From positions 768 to 64,767 of the forward strand of contig JAIRTH010000001.1 of NCBI GenBank assembly GCA_031255005.1: a stretch of 64,000 nucleotides of DNA. Direction: 5' to 3'. Below the pieces are notes generated by a model, which was given only the letters and a program-made list of their open reading frames with translations, was not told where the DNA came from and made no database searches. Of this stretch, positions 1 through 7,448 are shown one piece after another; within the stretch, counting starts at the first letter, position 1, and each line of letters starts with the position of its first letter. This DNA comes from Puniceicoccales bacterium (lineage in GTDB: Bacteria; Verrucomicrobiota; Verrucomicrobiia; Opitutales; LL51). The position numbers and the translations under genes were made by a program.

Positions 1-198
1 GTAAATTGTCAACATTATGGCGATGCCATTAAGTACCATATTTGGAGGTACTTGCTGTACGCCAAGTGCATTTCGGATGAGGGTTAGTACCACGACTATT
101 TTGACAAAGGACGAGATCAATAGCAACACGAATGGTGCCATGGTCAGTGTTGTCAATATGATGGCTACGGTGGTTGGATCGAAGGTGATGCTGTTCAT
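1..198 (-). CDS. sctR: T3SS export-apparatus protein SctR (YscR/FliP family); 5' part only, gene runs off the left edge
   Basis: Not in the ORF track. Manual reverse-complement translation from ATG at 198-196 gives MNSITFDPTTVAIILTTLTMAPFVLLLISSFVKIVVVLTLIRNALGVQQVPPNMVLNGIAIMLTIY. The 'SFVK..VV..L.RNALGVQQ.PPNM' block is the SctR/YscR signature. The ATG overlaps the upstream gene's TGA stop (ATGA). Confidence 0.85.
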   Translation of the reverse strand, partial: MNSITFDPTTVAIILTTLTMAPFVLLLISSFVKIVVVLTLIRNALGVQQVPPNMVLNGIAIMLTIY

Positions 199-1097
199 TT
201 GTCAAAAATTTCTAATATTCTAACACCGGTTTTTCCACTAACATTCACCAGTTCGCCGCTGCCGATAGGGGTGCCATTGGCACAGATGGTAACCGGGCTT
301 TCCGCTGGATTGTCACAGGAAAAAACGTAGCCTTTGTCGATGGTTTCCAATTCACTGATCGGTATTTTTTGGTCAAAGATTTCAAAGGTTAGGGTTACCT
401 GATGCTTTGGTTTTTTTCCATGATATTCTTGAACTTCTTCTAATGTAGATAGTTCTGTGTCGCTCGGATTCACATGTTTGGTTTGTCTATTTTCGTCATC
501 AATGGAAGGGGCGACAGCATGGTCTGGTTTAGCTACGGTTTCGGGCATGATTTCCGTCAGGCTGGTATCGTTTTGGCTTTTAATTTTCTCAATATTTTGT
601 TCGATTTCTTCCAAAGAAGACGCTGATGGATTTTGGCCTGGTATTGATTGAATTGCTTCGGAGGTTTGAGATTGGCCAGAGTCTTCCGGGCTAGGCACTT
701 GCGTGGCATCGGAAGGCGGATTGGAATTGGCTCCGTGCTCGGCTTCGGAGGTTTGAGATTGGCCAGGGTCTTCCGGGCTAGGCACTTGCGTGGCATCGGA
801 AGGCGGATTCTTAGGCTGGTTTTGGTTTTCCATAGTATTTGCAGATTTATGTTTTTTTTTTTCAGACAACTCTGGTAGGTTACTAATAATTGGGGCAGAA
901 GCGGATGTTTGTGGCTCATCATCCACAGCTTCGTCAAGTTTCACGGATTGTTCCGACGGAGGCAATGGTGTTTCTGGCGCTGGGTTTTCTTCGGGATTAG
1001 CCTGGAAAGCTTCGTTGACGAGATCATCTATGGTAGTGGTATCTATGTACTCGATATCATCTTCCTCGGTTTCTTCTATTTGGTTTTGCTCATCCAT
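195..1097 (-). CDS. SpoA-domain T3SS sorting-platform protein (SctQ-C/FliN-like) with a ~210-aa acidic, Pro/Ser-rich N-terminal extension
   Basis: C-terminal 'VTLTFEIFDQKIPISELETIDKGYVFSCD...PVTICANGTPIGSGELVNVSGKTGVRILEIF' fits the FliN/SpoA consensus. It lies immediately upstream of, and overlaps, sctR. The N-terminus is low-complexity with a 29-aa tandem repeat. Confidence 0.75.
   Translation of the reverse strand: MDEQNQIEETEEDDIEYIDTTTIDDLVNEAFQANPEENPAPETPLPPSEQSVKLDEAVDDEPQTSASAPIISNLPELSEKKKHKSANTMENQNQPKNPPSDATQVPSPEDPGQSQTSEAEHGANSNPPSDATQVPSPEDSGQSQTSEAIQSIPGQNPSASSLEEIEQNIEKIKSQNDTSLTEIMPETVAKPDHAVAPSIDDENRQTKHVNPSDTELSTLEEVQEYHGKKPKHQVTLTFEIFDQKIPISELETIDKGYVFSCDNPAESPVTICANGTPIGSGELVNVSGKTGVRILEIFDK
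655..810. repeat. 87-bp tandem duplication inside the FliN-like gene
   Basis: 655-723 and 742-810 are identical except for one base (gcttcggaggtttgagattggccag[a/g]gtcttccgggctaggcacttgcgtggcatcggaaggcggatt). Encodes NPPSDATQVPSPED(P/S)GQSQTSEA twice. Confidence 0.9.
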
Positions 1098-1109
1098 GGT
1101 ATCGTGTTC

Positions 1110-1844
1110 CTAGAAAATAGGTTTTCTGTTGGCTATTACCTTTCCGTCGGCTATGGTAGCTGTAATCCCAAGGCCTTTGATCGGAATAGCTTGGCCGGAG
1201 TTTAGGTGATTAATTTCTATAAAAATTATATCGTTCTGATTAATGCTCGAATATTCCTCGTTTGTTAAGTATGTTCGGCCCACTTCGATGGAATACTCCA
1301 ATGGCACCGAATTTAGTTTATGTATTTTTTTCGGCATGGTTTCCATGATCTTCTTTCGAATAAAACTCATTATCCCTGGCGTACCGGAAATATAGAGATT
1401 TGTTGCGAACGAATCATCATTGGTTTTGAAGTACATACAGATCTCATCTGGTGTCACCGCCGGATGATGCACCTTCGAAACCTTTGATAAAGTGATATGG
1501 TACCTGAAAAATGATTCGGCTTTGTTCAAGATTTCGCTGACAGCAGCTTCGATGACCAAGAGATGGATTTCTTCGGAAAGGGAATTAAGGTCAACTTCAT
1601 TACTAAAGCCGTTTGATAACATAAACAACTGAGGAAAGTTACAGAACGATATACCCAGGTCCTCCATGCCTATGGACAGATCAAGCCGGACGCATTCACT
1701 GGCCACCTCGGTGGGTGTAGTTAGTCCAAAGGAAAAGACATTCCCTCCACAGAAAATTTGCCATTCCCTTTGTTTTGCGTATAACTCATTGAAAGAAAGG
1801 ACGTTACTTTCTATGTCCTTAGTCATCAACACATCCATCCCCAT
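1110..1844 (-). CDS. Putative SctQ-like sorting-platform protein (N-terminal part plus a first SpoA-like segment)
   Basis: C-terminal 'VPLEYSIEVGRTYLTNEEYSSINQNDIIFIEINHL...' resembles the start of a SpoA domain (L.VE.GR..L...E...L..GD.I.L). First gene of the co-directional run ending in sctR. The rest has no motif I recognise. Confidence 0.5.
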   Translation of the reverse strand: MGMDVLMTKDIESNVLSFNELYAKQREWQIFCGGNVFSFGLTTPTEVASECVRLDLSIGMEDLGISFCNFPQLFMLSNGFSNEVDLNSLSEEIHLLVIEAAVSEILNKAESFFRYHITLSKVSKVHHPAVTPDEICMYFKTNDDSFATNLYISGTPGIMSFIRKKIMETMPKKIHKLNSVPLEYSIEVGRTYLTNEEYSSINQNDIIFIEINHLNSGQAIPIKGLGITATIADGKVIANRKPIF

Positions 1845-1857
1845 AGCTAGATTAGTA

Positions 1858-1885
1858 ATACTATTATTTATTTGAAGCTAAACAA
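1858..1885 (-). promoter_or_regulatory. Candidate sigma70-like promoter upstream of the T3SS genes
   Basis: On the minus strand: TTGTTT, 16 nt, TAGTAT, about 14 nt before the ATG at 1844. Weak match, motif only. Confidence 0.2.
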
Positions 1886-1920
1886 GAAAAATAGATTATT
1901 AGATTTGGGGTAGAGTAAGT

Positions 1921-3114
1921 TTATATTTCCTGGCCGATTTCGTGTAGCATATCCATAAACCATTGATTGGTAACATCGAATGGCTTTCCACCTTTGATTC
2001 GTGAAAATTCTATGCAGCGTAATTCATTGCCATTTTGTTCATCAAATCCGACGACACCTGATTTGCGCTCGATGGCGCATCGTATTGCAACATCAACACT
2101 ATCAGAGATTATCGACAGATCCCTTGGGTTTGCTGGTGCTGACCGAGCGAAGTAGCCACTTTTTTGAACGACGGTTTTTTCAGCGCCTATAAGTTTCGAA
2201 AATTCTGATGCAAGCCATTGGCCTGGATTGACTTGATCGAGCTTAACGTGCCCAAAGGCATCTCTTATCACACTGGTACCAGATTTTTCAAGTGCTTCGA
2301 TGATGGTTTCGAGGCAAGCACCTTCACTTAGAAATATATTTGCGCTATCTATTTCGTCCATAATCCTGCGAAGTCTTGCAGCTTCTTTTTCTATATCTAC
2401 TTGAAATTCAGGTAGATAAATGCCATGAATATCTAGCTTCTTGATGGATAATCCTGCCTCTGGCACAAATTTTTTAGCTTTAAGCGATTGCCTGTAGAGG
2501 TCGGCGGTTTTGGCAGCAAGCCATCCGCAGTGGCGTCCCATGACTTCGTGAACTATTAATATTCTTGGACTTGCGGTACATTCGTAGACCACGTTTGCAA
2601 AAAATTTTGCGCCTTGCTCGGCGGCGGTTAACGCACCTAGACTTTGAGAAATTGGGTAGACATCATTGTCTATGGTTTTTGGTAACCCTATTACTGTCAA
2701 AGAATAACCATTTTTTTTCAAAAATTCCGATAGATCCGCAGCTGCAGTGTTTGTGTCGTCTCCACCAAGGGTGTGCAATATATCTATTTTATCTGCAACT
2801 AGTTGCTGTGCGGCAACCTGTTGTGGGTTTTGACCAGTTGACACATAACCTCTTTTTAGACAATCATCTATATTTGTTAATTTAACTCGGCTATTTCCAA
2901 GAGCGCTGCCTCCATGGCCGATCAATATTTCGGCATTTTCGCGAATAGCTTGAGTCACAACTATCTTATCACCAAGAAGAAGGCCTTTATACCCATTTTT
3001 ATACAGGACAATTTCAGCATCCGGAGCAATTTCAGTGTATTTTTTTATTAAATTCCCGACAGTGGCTGACAAACATGGGGCAAGCCCACCAGCAGTTAAA
3101 ATCCCAACAATCAT
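1921..3114 (-). CDS. pfp: 6-phosphofructokinase, probably pyrophosphate-dependent type
   Basis: PFK family motifs 'GILTAGGLAPCLS', 'LGGDDTNTAA', 'PKTIDNDV', 'MGRHCGWLA'. GGDDT and PKTIDND (rather than GGDGS and PGTIDND) are the classical PPi-type signatures. Confidence 0.85.
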   Translation of the reverse strand: MIVGILTAGGLAPCLSATVGNLIKKYTEIAPDAEIVLYKNGYKGLLLGDKIVVTQAIRENAEILIGHGGSALGNSRVKLTNIDDCLKRGYVSTGQNPQQVAAQQLVADKIDILHTLGGDDTNTAAADLSEFLKKNGYSLTVIGLPKTIDNDVYPISQSLGALTAAEQGAKFFANVVYECTASPRILIVHEVMGRHCGWLAAKTADLYRQSLKAKKFVPEAGLSIKKLDIHGIYLPEFQVDIEKEAARLRRIMDEIDSANIFLSEGACLETIIEALEKSGTSVIRDAFGHVKLDQVNPGQWLASEFSKLIGAEKTVVQKSGYFARSAPANPRDLSIISDSVDVAIRCAIERKSGVVGFDEQNGNELRCIEFSRIKGGKPFDVTNQWFMDMLHEIGQEI

Positions 3115-3216
3115 GATTAAACTCTAGGCAAATATGAACGGATAGTAAAGCATAAAACTAACAGATCCAACAACTTAACGCAATTGAGGCCAAAATATTT
3201 TCAACAATAACCTAGG

Positions 3217-3248
3217 TCATGGCCCTGGAAATTCATGGCCCTGGAAAT
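3217..3248. repeat. Perfect 16-bp tandem duplication in an intergenic region
   Basis: tcatggccctggaaat occurs twice back to back (3217-3232, 3233-3248), between the end of the alpha operon and pfp. Confidence 0.9.
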
Positions 3249-3314
3249 AAAACTTCTGGCGACTAGCAGATCATAGCGAAACGTAACTTCAACAAAAGCC
3301 AAGGAATAGGGTGG

Positions 3315-3527
3315 TCAAAACATCAATCTAATACACACATCTCCGCAGGCCAAACATTTGGTCGTTTTGAGCGAGGAAGAAAAAATCAAACCACAAGCTA
3401 TGCAACGAACAACATGACGCTTTGATTTACTTATGGTTGGATTACAGATATCGGAAATCGCCCAATAAAAAAATAGGGCAAAAACCAAAACAGCTATAAA
3501 AAAAACGACTATATAACATACGACCAT
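3315..3527 (-). CDS. Small hypothetical protein: N-terminal TM helix plus C-terminal CxxC...CxxC
   Basis: 70 aa. Hydrophobic 'VVCYIVVFFIAVLVFALFFYWAI', then 'CIACG...CLACGDVC'. The ATG lies 2 nt after the rplQ stop. No family recognised and no clear SD. Confidence 0.35.
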   Translation of the reverse strand: MVVCYIVVFFIAVLVFALFFYWAISDICNPTISKSKRHVVRCIACGLIFSSSLKTTKCLACGDVCIRLMF

Positions 3528-3529
3528 TT

Positions 3530-4084
3530 TTAGGAATTGGTTTGCATTGCCGTTGCTACATCAGTGTCATCATCAACAGTGTTTTTGATCTCATCTTCCT
3601 TTGGTGTGCCGGCCAATGCCTCCGTTCCTTCCTTTTTTTCGGAAAATTTGTCAGTGGACGAACGTTTGCGTCGCCTTGAACTTTGTTTTTTATAGCCGCG
3701 ATCGGCCGCATTTACCTGTTCTATTATAGCCATTTTGGCATCATCTCCTCGACGAGGCAATAGTTTATAGATCCTTGTATATCCGCCGTTTCTATTCAAA
3801 AACTCATTAACCTTTTCGTCAAACAATCTACCTATGGCATTGGTGTCGCGCACGCGGGATATGGCTAGTCTGCGTAAGTGTAACTTAACCGCTTGATCTG
3901 AAGCTACATTAGCATGTTTCGCCAATGTTATTATTTTTTCTGCAAAGGGACGCAACGCCTTAGCTTTAGCCAGGGTTGTCGTTATTTTTCCATGGGTGAA
4001 AAAAGCGCTAGCCAAATTTGCCATAAGAGCTTTTCTGTGTTCTTTCTTTCTTCCTAATAAGTACTTATGTTTACCATGACGCAT
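3530..4084 (-). CDS. rplQ: 50S ribosomal protein L17 with ~55-aa C-terminal extension
   Basis: 'MRHGKHKYLLGRKKEHRKALMANLA' and 'GGYTRIYKL..RRGD.A.MAIIE'. Follows rpoA as in alpha operons. Confidence 0.95.
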   Translation of the reverse strand: MRHGKHKYLLGRKKEHRKALMANLASAFFTHGKITTTLAKAKALRPFAEKIITLAKHANVASDQAVKLHLRRLAISRVRDTNAIGRLFDEKVNEFLNRNGGYTRIYKLLPRRGDDAKMAIIEQVNAADRGYKKQSSRRRKRSSTDKFSEKKEGTEALAGTPKEDEIKNTVDDDTDVATAMQTNS

Positions 4085-4103
4085 TTAAGCCTCCTATTTT
4101 ACA

Positions 4104-5105
4104 TTAATATCTGAGTGGATGATCAAGTAACCTTTCGTCAATTTTCATTCCGAGAGATAGGCCTAATTCTTCCAATTTATTCTTAATCTCATTGAGAGAT
4201 TTTTTTCCGAAGTTCCTGTAGCGCAACATTTCGGCTTCGCTTTTTAGAGCCAACTCGCCAACACAGGTAATGTTTGCATTATTCAGGCAATTTGCTGCTC
4301 GAACCGATAATTCTATTTCGTTGACACTCATGTTCAAAAGTATGCGTAATTTATTTTGCTCTTCGGTCGTTTCTTTGGTCACCACATTAAACTCTATTAT
4401 GTCATCAGTTATCGTGTCGAAAACATCCAAGTGTTGCTTCATTATGGCAACGGAATCTTTTAGAGCTTCATCCGGCGAAATTCTTCCATCGGTCCAAATC
4501 TCTAAAACTAGTTTATCAAAATCAGTCATGTGTCCAACCCGAGTGTCTTCAACCGAATATTTCGCCAGCTTTACTGGACTAAAAAGTGAATCAATCGGAA
4601 TGATGCCAATGTCCTGGTCTTGTTTTTTATTGTCATCGGCAATGGAATAACCTCGCCCAGTTTTGACCTCTATGTTCATATGCAGCTTGCGCTTATCATT
4701 AATCGTACATATGATCTGATCGAGATTTATAACCACAACCTCTGGAGGACAAACTATGTCTGATGCTAACACAGGCCCTTCTTTGTCAACATTTATATAT
4801 AGCGGTGCAGGATTAGTTGTCGTGCTTTTGAGCAGTACTTTCTTCAAATTAAGCACGATATCGATCACATCTTCCACCACGCCAGGTATGCTCTGATATT
4901 CATGCCGAACGCCATCTATTCTTATCGAAGAAATGGCAGTGCCTTCAATGGAGCTTAAGAGTATCCGCCTCAAAGAGTTACCTATACTGTGGCCGTAACC
5001 AGACTCGAATGGCTCAGCCACATACATGGAGTAGGTATCAGTGGCCGTGTCATCAATTTTGTCCAATTTTTTCGGTAATTCAAATTTTCCTAAACGCTTA
5101 ATCAT
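4104..5105 (-). CDS. rpoA: DNA-directed RNA polymerase subunit alpha
   Basis: N-terminal 'GYGHSIGNSLRRILLSSI.G'. C-terminal domain 'ELSVRAANCLNNANI..VGEL...L...NFGKKSL.EIK'. Confidence 0.95.
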   Translation of the reverse strand: MIKRLGKFELPKKLDKIDDTATDTYSMYVAEPFESGYGHSIGNSLRRILLSSIEGTAISSIRIDGVRHEYQSIPGVVEDVIDIVLNLKKVLLKSTTTNPAPLYINVDKEGPVLASDIVCPPEVVVINLDQIICTINDKRKLHMNIEVKTGRGYSIADDNKKQDQDIGIIPIDSLFSPVKLAKYSVEDTRVGHMTDFDKLVLEIWTDGRISPDEALKDSVAIMKQHLDVFDTITDDIIEFNVVTKETTEEQNKLRILLNMSVNEIELSVRAANCLNNANITCVGELALKSEAEMLRYRNFGKKSLNEIKNKLEELGLSLGMKIDERLLDHPLRY

Positions 5106-5123
5106 AAATGTAAAAAATAAAAA

Positions 5124-5732
5124 CTATCTACTATAAAACTCAACTATTAACTGGCCATTTATTTTTTTATCTAACTCTTCCGGTGATGGATCGCGCTCAA
5201 CTTTTCCATTGAGCATAGTTCTATCCTGAGATAACCATGCTGGTATCATTCTATAGGTGGAATCAATAAGACTTTGAGTCGCATATCTTTTTGATGGTGA
5301 TGAATTTCTGACACCAACAGCATCTCCTGTCTTGCATATATAGCTGGCAATATCAACGCATTTTCCATTAACAGTAATATGACGATGGGATACGAATTGT
5401 CGTGCAGCTCGTCTAGTTTTGGCTAAACCTAATAGATAAACAATACTATCTAACCTCATCTCTAGCAAGCGCATGAAGCATTCACTTGTGATGCCAGGCA
5501 ACCCTTTGGCCATATTGAAAAAAAGCCTAAACTGCTTTTCTGTTAATCCGTACATGAATCGCAATTTTTGTTTTTCATTCAAGCCAAGAGAGTACTCGGA
5601 CATTTTACGGCGTAACCGCGGCCCATGCATACCAGGCAAATACGGTTTACGTTCAACGGCTCTACATGCAGGAAATATTTCCTGATTGAAACGCCTATTT
5701 ATTCTTGCTTTAGGACCAGTATAACGAGACAT
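5124..5732 (-). CDS. rpsD: 30S ribosomal protein S4
   Basis: 'MSRYTGPKARINRRF' and the S4 domain 'RLDSIVYLLGLAKTRRAARQFVSHRHITVNGK'. I chose the internal ATG; the track ORF starts 21 nt upstream. Confidence 0.93.
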   Translation of the reverse strand: MSRYTGPKARINRRFNQEIFPACRAVERKPYLPGMHGPRLRRKMSEYSLGLNEKQKLRFMYGLTEKQFRLFFNMAKGLPGITSECFMRLLEMRLDSIVYLLGLAKTRRAARQFVSHRHITVNGKCVDIASYICKTGDAVGVRNSSPSKRYATQSLIDSTYRMIPAWLSQDRTMLNGKVERDPSPEELDKKINGQLIVEFYSR

Positions 5733-5757
5733 AACTACTTCTTTCCATTGCACTTAA

Positions 5758-6234
5758 TTACACGCGTCTGCGCTTCGGCGGACGACAACCATTATGAGGG
5801 ACCGGCGTATTATCAAGAATATTGCCCACAACCAATCCAAGGGATTGTAATGTTCTTATGGCCGAATCTCGCCCCATGCCTGGTCCTTTAACTTTCACAT
5901 CAACTTCTTTAAATCCGTGCGATATAGCAACTTTACCAGCATCCTGGGTTACAATCTGTGCCGCATAGGGAGTGGATTTCCTTGAACCTTTGAAATTGCA
6001 TTTTCCGGAACTTGACCAAGATATTACATTGCCATTAATGTCCGAAAAACAAACTTTAGTATTATTGAATGTGGCTAATATGCGGCAGAGTCCTTTGGTG
6101 ATATTTCTGCTATTTTTTGCGCGGCGAACCTTAACTTCACCTGCATTGCCACCAAGAATGGTCGAAATAGACTCATCTGATTTTGAGTCCACATCAACCG
6201 TTTGGTCATCCTTTTTTTCTATTTCATCGCTCAT
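5758..6234 (-). CDS. rpsK: 30S ribosomal protein S11 with ~34-aa acidic N-terminal extension
   Basis: Core '[26 protein letters not shown]...[12 protein letters not shown]' and '[12 protein letters not shown]'. Confidence 0.95.
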   Translation of the reverse strand: MSDEIEKKDDQTVDVDSKSDESISTILGGNAGEVKVRRAKNSRNITKGLCRILATFNNTKVCFSDINGNVISWSSSGKCNFKGSRKSTPYAAQIVTQDAGKVAISHGFKEVDVKVKGPGMGRDSAIRTLQSLGLVVGNILDNTPVPHNGCRPPKRRRV

Positions 6235-6243
6235 ATTATAAAC

Positions 6244-6621
6244 CTACTTTTTATTACGCACAACACCAATCGTTTTTCTCGACCCTTTTCTTGTCCTTGC
6301 ATTGGTCGATGTTCTTTGGCCGCGCACCGGAAGTCCGCGGTAATGTCGCAACCCTCGATAGCACTTAATTGCTTGCAGTCGTTTAAGATTTGCGACAATC
6401 TCCCTTCGCAAATCACCTTCAATTTTCCAACCATTTTCGACGATGGCCGACGATATTTTATTAATATCTTCTTCGCTCAATTCGCCAGAACGCATATTCG
6501 GATTAAGGCCAGTTTGCTCGACGATCAAATCCGCCCTAGTCGGCCCGATGCCATATATATAGCGCAGGGCAAAGGGAAGTTTTTTATTATTGGGTATATC
6601 TATTCCTAATAAACGCGGCAT
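6244..6621 (-). CDS. rpsM: 30S ribosomal protein S13
   Basis: '[14 protein letters not shown]' and '[26 protein letters not shown]'. Confidence 0.95.
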   Translation of the reverse strand: MPRLLGIDIPNNKKLPFALRYIYGIGPTRADLIVEQTGLNPNMRSGELSEEDINKISSAIVENGWKIEGDLRREIVANLKRLQAIKCYRGLRHYRGLPVRGQRTSTNARTRKGSRKTIGVVRNKK

Positions 6622-6669
6622 AATTTTACTTTCTCATGAACCAATTCTCTACACTTTTATTTCTAAAAA

Positions 6670-7446
6670 TCATTTTTTTACTAAAGTCAAGATCTCTGGT
6701 TCATTATTTGTGATTAAAATTGTATGTTCCCAGTGAGCAGCCACAGATCCATCGACAGTTTTTATTGTCCAACCATCATCGGCCGTAAATATATGTGGTT
6801 GACCAAGAGTGAGCATCGGCTCTATGGCGATGGTCATGCCTTCTCTCAGCATTGGACCGATGTTTGGCTTTCCATAGTTAGGGACCTGCGGTTCTTCATG
6901 CATTTCTCTACCAACGCCATGGCCAACGAGTTCTTTGACGATACCATGGCCATGTATGTCAGCGCAACATTGAATTGCATAGGAAATATCGCCAATGTGA
7001 TTGCCGGAAACCGCAGCGTCTATGCCTGCTTGAAGGGCCAATTTCGTTGCATTTACTAAATCTTTGGCTTTTTTATCGACATTACCCACCAGTACAGTCT
7101 GTGTATTATCTCCAACAAATCCGTCATAAGATGTTGCAATATCGATACTTATCACGTCACCATCTTTTAAAATAATCTCATCCGATGGAATTCCATGCAC
7201 AACCACGTCATTTATGGAAAAACAGGCATAACCTGGAAACTCTTTATTGCCATTTTTGTAATGATAGGTGGTGCTGATTGCCTTGTGTTTTTTCATGGAT
7301 TTACAGGTTAATTCGTTGAGTTCTGCTGTCGAAATGCCAATTTTTACCTGAGAAACCACCTCATCTAAAATTTCTGCTGCAACTTGTCCAGCTTTTCTCA
7401 TTTTCAGTATATCAGATTTAGTTTTTATATTTATCATGGATAACAC
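6670..7446 (-). CDS. map: Methionine aminopeptidase type I
   Basis: M24A motifs 'DVVVHGIP', 'GDVISIDI', 'HGVGREMHEEPQVPNYG', 'TIAIEP', 'AHWEHTILIT'. Confidence 0.93.
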   Translation of the reverse strand: MLSMINIKTKSDILKMRKAGQVAAEILDEVVSQVKIGISTAELNELTCKSMKKHKAISTTYHYKNGNKEFPGYACFSINDVVVHGIPSDEIILKDGDVISIDIATSYDGFVGDNTQTVLVGNVDKKAKDLVNATKLALQAGIDAAVSGNHIGDISYAIQCCADIHGHGIVKELVGHGVGREMHEEPQVPNYGKPNIGPMLREGMTIAIEPMLTLGQPHIFTADDGWTIKTVDGSVAAHWEHTILITNNEPEILTLVKK

Positions 7447-7448
7447 TC

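Noticed and set aside
17-223. 68-aa plus-strand ORF at the left edge
   Set aside because: It lies antisense to a reading frame that translates into an unmistakable SctR/YscR N-terminus. It is a shadow ORF.
1-1844. Flagellar (FliM-FliN-FliP) interpretation of the left-edge genes
   Set aside because: Tentatively rejected. The SctR motif 'ALGVQQVPPNM' looks injectisome-like. There is no fliO-like gene between the SpoA gene and sctR, and no CheY-binding 'LSQ.EIDALL' motif. A CesT-like (non-flagellar) chaperone is also present in the window. A proper phylogeny is still needed.
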